From Candidatus Fraserbacteria bacterium (GTDB taxonomy: Bacteria > Bipolaricaulota > Bipolaricaulia > RBG-16-55-9 > DRXL01), in assembly GCA_037441155.1 (NCBI GenBank), contig JBBISQ010000006.1:1-41512 (forward strand): DNA of 41,512 nucleotides, read 5' to 3'. The notes beneath the pieces were generated by a model, which was not told where the DNA came from, searched no databases, and saw only the letters and a program-made list of their open reading frames with translations. A program made the position numbers and the translations under genes. How positions within the stretch are numbered: position 1 is the first letter of the stretch; each line of letters begins with the position of its first letter. Shown in pieces: positions 36,109-41,512 of this stretch.

Positions 36109-36547
36109 AGGAGACCTCCGTGTGGCTAGGGGCCGCAGCGTAGAGCTGGGCATACAGTTCTTTGATCTTCTCCTTCTCGCGCGTGGGATTGAACTGACGG
36201 CCAACCAACCGAAAGATATGCTCCCAACTGAGACGAGTGCCGGCCAAGCGTTCGATCGTTAAATCGCGCATACGCACACGCCCTGCAGTGATCTCCCGGA
36301 CAAGCTGCTCGCGCTTGTGCGGGTCGAACTCCGCGCTCGTATAGTGACTGAAGAGATAGACCAGCAGTCCTCGCACGATGTTAGGGTCAAAGCGTCGCTT
36401 CGCCTCCGCAAATGCGAACCACCGGCGCGCTTTCTCTAGCTCGCCGTCCAGAGAGAGCAAGTCTTCGACCGTCTCTGGCGGCTCATTGGTGCACCGCAAG
36501 ATATTCTCGGCGTATGCCAAGCGCGCCAGCTCGATCCGGACTTCCAT
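36098..36547 (-). CDS. Hypothetical helical protein (149 aa) translationally coupled to the anti-sigma-like gene
   Basis: ORF with ATG at 36547 (TTG at 36568 in the ORF track). Its 3' end overlaps the downstream start by 11 nt. I recognise no family motifs. Confidence 0.5.
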   Translation of the reverse strand: MEVRIELARLAYAENILRCTNEPPETVEDLLSLDGELEKARRWFAFAEAKRRFDPNIVRGLLVYLFSHYTSAEFDPHKREQLVREITAGRVRMRDLTIERLAGTRLSWEHIFRLVGRQFNPTREKEKIKELYAQLYAAAPSHTEVSYGH

Positions 36548-36647
36548 TAGTATACCCCATCTTGACAAACCCTGACATCTGCGGCAGCCATCTGCGCTAA
36601 AACCCCGATTATATCGGCTTTTTATGCCCTTGACCCTTCTTCAGAAC

Positions 36648-37898
36648 TCATCGTCTTTCGTTCTTTAAGACGGAGACAGAGTCGTCCCCCTGATTGGCCA
36701 CGACCAGATCGAGATCGCCGTCGCTATCGATATCCCCTGCGGCTACCGAGACGGGGAGCGAGCCGACTGAAACAGTGATCGCCCTGTTGGGCTGCACGGG
36801 TCTTCCCCGCGGGGGATCAATCATAAGTATAGAGCCAAAGCCACCAAAACCGTCGTTCAGATGGACGGTGACAAGATTGCTCGAGGAGTTCACCACAGCT
36901 AGGTCAAGCCAGCCGTCTTGGTTGAAATCATCAGCGACGACAGCTCGTGGATCGAGCGCCCCTGTTGGCCAGGCCCGCGGCTGCTCGTCAAATCTCCCCG
37001 CGCTGTCACCAGAGAAGATCAGTATCCGATCGCTCTCTGGGTTTGCCGTCACCAAGTCGCCGACAGTGTCATTATTTACGTCGGCGATCTCGATCCATGC
37101 TGGGGAATCTCCCGAATAGAGCCCAGCGGCCAAGCGCTGAGCGATGGTGAAGCTCCCTGTGCCATCCCCACGAAGCACGGCTACTCGCCCGATGCTGCTG
37201 ACGACGACGTCCATCGTGCTGTCACGATTGAGATCGCCGACGGCGAGAGACTGGAGGCTCCCGCCGACAGACGTCTCGACCATCTTCCACCGATCTACTT
37301 GTTCCGTCCCATTATTGATAAAAACGTAGACGCTCCCTTGGAGGTTTGTGCAGACGATATCGAGACGACCGTCGCGGGTGAAGTCGGCCAAGGCGACCGA
37401 GCTGACGTCGCGCAAGCTCCGGGGGAGATCGCGATTTGAAGCCGGGCGAAACACGCTCTCCTTCTCCCCCCAAAAAACCCAGAAATTCCCCCCGCTAGGG
37501 TAGGCAAGCACCGCGTCGAGAAGGCCGTCGCCGTTGATGTCGCCGAGCGCGAGCACCTTGCCGCGCGGGACCTTCACAGCATCGTCCAGTTTCACCGAGT
37601 TGAACTCGATCAGTTTCGGCGCGAGAAATTCCCCCTGTGGGCTTCCCAAAACAGCAGCCAGGTTCAAGCGCTTTATGTTCTTCTCTTCGTCGGTTATTAT
37701 AATAGTTGAGCTGACGATATCCCCAAAACCGTCCTGATTGATATCCCTAAGGGCGACAGTCGTTGTCCCGGAGCCAATCTGTATGCGCTGACTTTCTTGG
37801 AACGTCAAGACAGAATTGCCCCAAGCTATGGCGCTCAGGAACAAAACACACCAGAATGCGAATTTCAGCGCCCGTCTATCGCTATATCTGTGCATCAT
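36648..37898 (-). CDS. Exported FG-GAP/VCBS-repeat (integrin-alpha-like beta-propeller) protein
   Basis: Signal peptide ...FAFWCVLFLSAIAWG. Repeated D.N.DG..D motifs are present (DINQDGFGD, DINGDGLLD, DFTRDGRLD, DLNRDSTMD, DVNNDTVGD, DFNQDGWLD, DIDSDGDLD). First ATG at 37898; the ORF-track TTG is at 37904. Confidence 0.85.
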   Translation of the reverse strand: MMHRYSDRRALKFAFWCVLFLSAIAWGNSVLTFQESQRIQIGSGTTTVALRDINQDGFGDIVSSTIIITDEEKNIKRLNLAAVLGSPQGEFLAPKLIEFNSVKLDDAVKVPRGKVLALGDINGDGLLDAVLAYPSGGNFWVFWGEKESVFRPASNRDLPRSLRDVSSVALADFTRDGRLDIVCTNLQGSVYVFINNGTEQVDRWKMVETSVGGSLQSLAVGDLNRDSTMDVVVSSIGRVAVLRGDGTGSFTIAQRLAAGLYSGDSPAWIEIADVNNDTVGDLVTANPESDRILIFSGDSAGRFDEQPRAWPTGALDPRAVVADDFNQDGWLDLAVVNSSSNLVTVHLNDGFGGFGSILMIDPPRGRPVQPNRAITVSVGSLPVSVAAGDIDSDGDLDLVVANQGDDSVSVLKNERR

Positions 37899-37907
37899 CA
37901 GCAAAAA

Positions 37908-37936
37908 ATTGTATCATCTCTCTGTATATATTGCAA
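37908..37936 (-). promoter_or_regulatory. Candidate promoter of the FG-GAP gene (TTGCAA-17-TACAAT)
   Basis: On the minus strand: TTGCAA (37931-37936), a 17-nt spacer, then TACAAT (rc of 37908-37913). The -10 element ends only 9 nt before the first ATG. Confidence 0.5.
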
Positions 37937-37977
37937 TGATCTCTGACAAGGGGGGGATGAGCTCCCAAGGTTGCTGC

Positions 37978-38007
37978 TTGACAAATATTGCCTTTTCGTG
38001 CTAATCT
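37978..38007 (+). promoter_or_regulatory. Candidate promoter of the YVTN gene (TTGACA-18-TAATCT with an upstream TG)
   Basis: TTGACA at 37978-37983, TGc at 37999-38001 and TAATCT at 38002-38007. The -10 element is weak. Confidence 0.35.
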
Positions 38008-38157
38008 TTAGGAAGCAGCGTACAAGGTGCTCTCAGTTGGTCAGCTTTTAGTGAGGGAGGTGATGGCGGGAGAGAAGTCAACGCTACGTGCGATAGTTGC
38101 GGGGGACGATAGCCTAGCTCGCATATGCAGATCTTCTTCGAAGGAGGTTGCGCGGCG

Positions 38158-39342
38158 ATGGTTCGAAAATACAAGCTCTTGGGTGCAGTGGTTTGTCTCA
38201 TCATGATGCTCAGCATCATGTTCCTTCCTAGCGTAGCAGGACCCCTTGGACTTCGGCCTTCAGCGACTCTTGACCTTGGCGGTTCGAAGGTTAACGGTTT
38301 TGTATCGACGAGCGATGGCCAGTATGTCTTTGTATCCCTGAGCGTGGGGAGAGAGAGCTCAGTCTTCATTGCAGCAGCCAGCTCCACCACTATGGAGTTT
38401 TCTGGTAAGAAGATTCGCGGCTGCCCCATCGCGGGGGAGCTCTGTCTCGTCCAGATCCGTGGGAATATCAATCCTCAAGATTTAGAGTACAACGAGGCGA
38501 AGAAGGTGCTGTTCGTGCCAGGCTATGACGACGACACCCTCTATATCTCTCAAGTGGCTTTCGACAAGAGTGGTAAGCCCACTGGAGCGAAAGCCGCGAA
38601 GAAAGTCGCTGTGGGAGCAGGCCCACGGGCCGTCGCTGTCAACGCTGAGGGCACGCGTGCTTTCACGGTGAACGAGCGGGAGCACACCGTCAGCGTTGTC
38701 GATATCTTGTACAAGAACGATGCTCCAGACAAGGGCGAGGTGATCGCGACGATCAAGCTCGACCCTAACGAAGAGAACCCCACATACCCCAGCCCTGCTG
38801 ATATCACTATCAAGGGCGATAAGGCCTACGTGGTCGACACCGACACGTGGCAAGTATGCGAGATCAAGAATATCAACGCCAATAGCGAGAAAGTCAAAAA
38901 GGGTGAGGAGAAGATCGAGCTAGGCGCTTGCGCAGGAACAGGGGCTTACCCACGCGCCATAGCCACGATAGGGGACACAGCCTACGTCATTAACAGCACC
39001 GGCGACAGCGTGACCCAGATGTTGCTTGCTCCACAACTTCAGAGCATAGCAGAGGTAGAGGTAGGCGATGCTCCGCGCGGGATCACCACTGATAACAAGT
39101 GTTGGGTTGTAGTGACTAACACCGGAGTGGATCGCGGTGGCGCAAGCGTTACTCTGCTCAGCAAGGACCTGAAGTGGTCGCTCACGATGCCCCTTGATGC
39201 TGCCATCCCAGGGGACCCCATCGTGCCTACGCAAGTGCAGCTTATCCCTCAAGGGGATGCGATGGCTTTATGGGTCCTAAACGTTGGCGCGCGCGGACAG
39301 CTCAATGTTTACTCGCAGTTCATAGGGGCGTGTCGTCCGTAG
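38158..39342 (+). CDS. Exported YVTN-family beta-propeller repeat protein
   Basis: ATG at 38158 behind AAGGAGG (38141-38147). Signal peptide MVRKYKLLGAVVCLIMMLSIMFLPSVAG. The repeats read VGAGPRAVAVNAEGTRAFTVNEREHTVSVVD, GAYPRAIATIGDTAYVINSTGDSVT and VGDAPRGITTDNKCWVVVTN. Confidence 0.8.
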   Translation: MVRKYKLLGAVVCLIMMLSIMFLPSVAGPLGLRPSATLDLGGSKVNGFVSTSDGQYVFVSLSVGRESSVFIAAASSTTMEFSGKKIRGCPIAGELCLVQIRGNINPQDLEYNEAKKVLFVPGYDDDTLYISQVAFDKSGKPTGAKAAKKVAVGAGPRAVAVNAEGTRAFTVNEREHTVSVVDILYKNDAPDKGEVIATIKLDPNEENPTYPSPADITIKGDKAYVVDTDTWQVCEIKNINANSEKVKKGEEKIELGACAGTGAYPRAIATIGDTAYVINSTGDSVTQMLLAPQLQSIAEVEVGDAPRGITTDNKCWVVVTNTGVDRGGASVTLLSKDLKWSLTMPLDAAIPGDPIVPTQVQLIPQGDAMALWVLNVGARGQLNVYSQFIGACRP

Positions 39343-39366
39343 GGCGGATGTTGGCATTGCTGGGAG

Positions 39367-39402
39367 AGCGGCCTCGGAGGGCTTCCGGGGCCGCTTCGCT
39401 TT
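39367..39402 (+). terminator. Probable intrinsic terminator after the YVTN gene
   Basis: A 12-bp stem, 39367-39378 pairing with 39384-39395 (one G-U pair), around the loop GGGCT and followed by TCGCTTTGG. Confidence 0.5.
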
Positions 39403-39412
39403 GGTGTCTGAG

Positions 39413-39442
39413 TTGACGATCCCAGCCCCTCTTGAGTATAGT
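39413..39442 (+). promoter_or_regulatory. Candidate promoter of the tRNA gene (TTGACG-18-TATAGT)
   Basis: TTGACG at 39413-39418 and TATAGT at 39437-39442. The predicted TSS is a few nt before the mature tRNA 5' end at 39453. Confidence 0.5.
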
Positions 39443-39452
39443 TAAGAATGGC

Positions 39453-39525
39453 GGGCCCGTAGCTCAGGGGTCAGAGCGGCCGGCTCATAACCGGTTGGTC
39501 GCAGGTTCGAATCCTGCCGGGCCCA
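39453..39525 (+). tRNA. tRNA with anticodon CAT, elongator type (Met, or Ile2 if lysidine-modified); CCA not encoded
   Basis: Hand-folded cloverleaf: acceptor GGGCCCG/CGGGCCC, D arm GCTC-AGGGGTCA-GAGC, anticodon arm GCCGG-CTCATAA-CCGGT, variable loop TGGTC, T arm GCAGG-TTCGAAT-CCTGC, discriminator A. 73 nt in total, followed by CAAG. Confidence 0.9.
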
Positions 39526-39559
39526 CAAGACAGTGAGATAGTTCTCAGTTTTTCAGTTT

Positions 39560-40090
39560 ATGGAGAAGCTTTTTGTGAACGTAGACGGCGCGGCCCAGGG
39601 CAACCCCGGCGAGGCCGCTATCGGCATCGTCATCGCCAACGATCAAGGCGACGTCATCAAGGAGATTTCTGAACACATCGGCCGCACCACCAATAACGTT
39701 GCCGAATACCGTGCGCTCATCGAGGCTATTAAGGCCGTCCTCCCCTACGCGCCCAAGCGCGTCATCTTCTTCACCGACAGCCAGCTCTTGGCCAATCAAG
39801 TCAATGGGCTTTATCGGATTCGTCGGCCGCACCTGGAGCCGCTCAATCGTCAAGTTCACGAGCTCTTAGAGAGACTCCCCAGCTGGCAGGTGAACTACGT
39901 TGAGCGCGATGCCAACTGGAAGGCACATCGTCTCGCGCAGAAGGCGCTCCTAGAGAGAGTGGCCAAGGAGGCCGAGGCCGGGCTTCCTGAGCGCATTCGC
40001 AGAAAAGTCGAACTGTTGGATGATCTTGATCAGAGACGGGTGCTCGAATTTGTGAACCGGCTCTACGAAGAATCGCAGAAAGATAAATAG
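39560..40090 (+). CDS. RNase HI-like protein (RVT_3-type RNase H domain) with a C-terminal helical extension
   Basis: VNVDGAAQGNPGEAAIG...NNVAEYRALIEA...FFTDSQLL...ERDANWKAHRLA = a D-E-D-D type RNase H pattern. 176 aa. Confidence 0.8.
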   Translation: MEKLFVNVDGAAQGNPGEAAIGIVIANDQGDVIKEISEHIGRTTNNVAEYRALIEAIKAVLPYAPKRVIFFTDSQLLANQVNGLYRIRRPHLEPLNRQVHELLERLPSWQVNYVERDANWKAHRLAQKALLERVAKEAEAGLPERIRRKVELLDDLDQRRVLEFVNRLYEESQKDK

Positions 40091-40166
40091 CCCTCACCCT
40101 GACCTAACCCCATCCCCTTTCACTCTTCAGGGGAGGGGCCGGGAGGAGAGGTCAGAAGGGCGAGGG
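40091..40166. repeat. Long imperfect two-tier palindrome (C-rich arm / G-rich arm), REP-like or terminator-like
   Basis: The outer arms CCCTCACCCTGACCT (40091-40105) and AGGTCAGAAGGGCGAGGG (40149-40166) pair with a bulge. The inner hairpin runs CCCCATCCCCT ... AGGGGAGGGG (40108-40138). No U-tract follows. Confidence 0.5.
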
Positions 40167-40186
40167 CCCTTACAGGGGGACTTTGC

Positions 40187-41512
40187 ATGTGCAAACGCGC
40201 TCTGATAGGCCTTCTCATTGTCGCGCTGGCGTCGTTCTTGGCGGGTTGCTGGCCCATGCCCAATACAATAAGCGTCAGCCCTGACGGGCTGATCGCCCTG
40301 ACCATGCCCAATAATACCGATGGCTCCTACGAGGCCCTCCCGCAGTCAGGACAGATCTGGCTTATAGATTCTACGGGGCGCGTGCAGACCGTGCTCACCG
40401 AGGGCGAGAATCTCTCCTGGGCGACGTTCTCCCCAAACGGAAGCGAACTGCTCTATGTCGAAGGCCCAAGCGTTGATCCCCAGCAGATTTTGACAGGGAC
40501 TCTCTCGTATCCCTGGCGGCTGATGCTCTTTCGTCGTTACGATGGGACCTCCACGGAGCTTGCGAGCGGGGATCGCGGCTTTCTCTGGGGCCCGAGCTTC
40601 TCTCCCGATGGGCGCATGATCGCGTACTACCGGGGAGACGGCGAGAACCGTCTGGGATTGTACATCTTCGACCGCGACGCGCGCCAAGAGAAACTTCTCA
40701 AACTCGTGCAAGACGGCGATGGTCTCTATTATGCTCCTTATGGGGCGGGGCCGCTGTGGACTCCCGATGGCCAGGGAATTTTCGTCCTTCGTGTCGAGCA
40801 GATATTTCCCCAAGAGCCCCTGCCACGCCCAGCAGAGATCACGCCGGAGACGGTGCGGATCTTCAGGGGGAGCATCAGCGTCGTGAGCATTGCGTGTGGA
40901 TGCGAACAGCGTATTGCGAGAGGGTTCTTCCCGCTCCTCCCCGCGCCCCTCTCGCTCGCAGCCTCGCCTGACGGACAGAAGCTCTATGTGAACGGCTACG
41001 CTCCTTCGTTCTCGATTGATCCCAGAGAGCGCGTCAATCTCTACGAGATCACCGTTGAGACGGGCGAACAAGCGACGCTCTACAATGGGGGCGGGATCGC
41101 GCTCGCCCCGGCGCTCTCCCCCGATGGAGAGCGCCTGCTCTTTACGGTCATCGCTCCCGAAGAGCCTGTACGGGCTGATCTCTCTCTGCTTGATCTCACC
41201 TCGGCGGCCCCCGCGCGGAAGCTCACCAACGACGGGCGGTCGGGCTTCGGCTTCTGGCTCTCCGGCGAAGAGATTGGGGTCCTCAAGCTCACAGAGGGCG
41301 AGCCCCTCCGTGGGGAGATTTGGGTGAAGAATCTGAGCACAAACAAGGAGCGCAATCTCAGTGCGCTCTTAGCCGTCCAAAGCTCCGTGCCCACCCTTCT
41401 CAGCGAAGTAAGAGCGTATCAAGCAGCCCTCGATCAGGTGCAGCACCAGCTTCGCACAGTGAACGAGTCCATAGCAACGCTCTTCCAAAGGCTCGACGCC
41501 GTGCAGACCCAG
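40187..41512 (+). CDS. Lipoprotein with PD40/TolB-like beta-propeller repeats and a C-terminal coiled-coil start; 3' end beyond window
   Basis: Not in the ORF track (no stop in window). I checked the frame codon by codon to the window end (442 codons, no stop). MCKRALIGLLIVALASFLAGC is a lipobox, and (S/T)P(D/N)G repeats recur (SPDGLIAL, SPNGSELLY, SPDGRMIAYY, TPDGQGIFV, SPDGQKLYV, SPDGERLLF). GGGGGA lies 6 nt before the ATG. Confidence 0.85.
   Translation, partial: MCKRALIGLLIVALASFLAGCWPMPNTISVSPDGLIALTMPNNTDGSYEALPQSGQIWLIDSTGRVQTVLTEGENLSWATFSPNGSELLYVEGPSVDPQQILTGTLSYPWRLMLFRRYDGTSTELASGDRGFLWGPSFSPDGRMIAYYRGDGENRLGLYIFDRDARQEKLLKLVQDGDGLYYAPYGAGPLWTPDGQGIFVLRVEQIFPQEPLPRPAEITPETVRIFRGSISVVSIACGCEQRIARGFFPLLPAPLSLAASPDGQKLYVNGYAPSFSIDPRERVNLYEITVETGEQATLYNGGGIALAPALSPDGERLLFTVIAPEEPVRADLSLLDLTSAAPARKLTNDGRSGFGFWLSGEEIGVLKLTEGEPLRGEIWVKNLSTNKERNLSALLAVQSSVPTLLSEVRAYQAALDQVQHQLRTVNESIATLFQRLDAVQTQ

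Noticed and set aside
36545-36568. TTGTCA ... TATACT on the minus strand just upstream of the 149-aa ORF, considered as a promoter
   Set aside because: The hexamers are only 8 nt apart, far from the 16-18 nt needed for sigma70-type recognition. A TATAAT at rc 36608-36613 is a better but still weak candidate, because it lacks a good -35.
37936-38004. Small Cys-rich peptide ORF (MISDKGGMSSQGCCLTNIAFSC) in the FG-GAP/YVTN intergenic region, considered as a possible RiPP-like precursor
   Set aside because: It has no SD, it overlaps the predicted -35/-10 of the YVTN promoter, and there are no modification enzymes nearby. Chance occurrence in a 260-bp region is likely.
38063-38206. 47-codon upstream ORF behind GAGGGAGG in the YVTN leader
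   Set aside because: The SD-like run is only 2 nt from the ATG, which is too close. The ORF runs out of frame into the YVTN signal-peptide region, and nothing suggests a leader-peptide mechanism.
40346-41071. 241-aa - strand ORF listed in the track
   Set aside because: It is antisense to the open-ended + strand ORF, which has a lipobox and regular PD40-type repeats. The + frame is clearly the coding one.
1-41512. Scan for CRISPR arrays, IS/transposase or integrase genes, rRNA, prophage or toxin-antitoxin modules
   Set aside because: I found no spaced direct-repeat arrays, no recombinase-like ORFs and no terminal inverted repeats flanking genes. The only RNA gene recognised is the single tRNA.

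Overview
High-GC bacterial chromosomal segment, mostly housekeeping.

**Core, about 3.9-22.2 kb, + strand.** An uninterrupted, tightly packed translation/secretion super-cluster with many ATGA/GTGA start-stop overlaps. Gene order is rpsL-rpsG-fusA-rpsJ-rplC-rplD-rplW-rplB-rpsS-rplV-rpsC-rplP-rpmC-rpsQ-rplN-rplX-rplE-rpsN(Zn type)-rpsH-rplF-rplR-rpsE-rplO-secY-adk-map-infA-rpmJ-rpsM-rpsK-rpsD-rpoA-rplQ. It sits behind a perfect consensus TTGACA-17-TATAAT promoter and is placed back-to-back with a lone rplM. Neither tuf nor rpmD is in the cluster.

**Left flank, - strand.** An ArsM-like methyltransferase, an FtsX-type ABC permease, a LolA-like protein and an ABC ATPase that is cut by the window edge.

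**Right flank.**
- An Amidase_3 cell-wall amidase on the - strand.
- A 1177-aa membrane-anchored parvulin/TPR/DUF3105-like protein, then mazG, a DUF4911-like small protein and a YqeG-type HAD phosphatase.
- A - strand Opp/Dpp-type peptide ABC operon (SBP, two permeases, two ATPases) with two extra small membrane proteins coupled to its 3' end.
- A zf-HC2 anti-sigma-like protein coupled to an unrecognisable 149-aa partner.
- A divergent pair of exported beta-propeller proteins (FG-GAP and YVTN).
- One tRNA(CAT) and an RNase HI-like gene.
- An open-ended PD40/TolB-like lipoprotein ORF that is absent from the ORF track.

**Not found.** I see no CRISPR array, rRNA, transposase/integrase or obvious defence island.

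**Novelty.** I could not support a clear multi-gene novel system. The most unusual signals are at domain or architecture level:
- a large trans-side insertion in SecY;
- the parvulin-TPR-DUF3105-like fusion;
- the anti-sigma-like pair without a recognisable sigma;
- insertions in the OppD-like and OppB-like proteins.

**Limits.** All family calls rest on motif recognition by eye, because no searches were run. Several start codons were moved relative to the ORF track on the basis of Shine-Dalgarno spacing and conserved N-termini.
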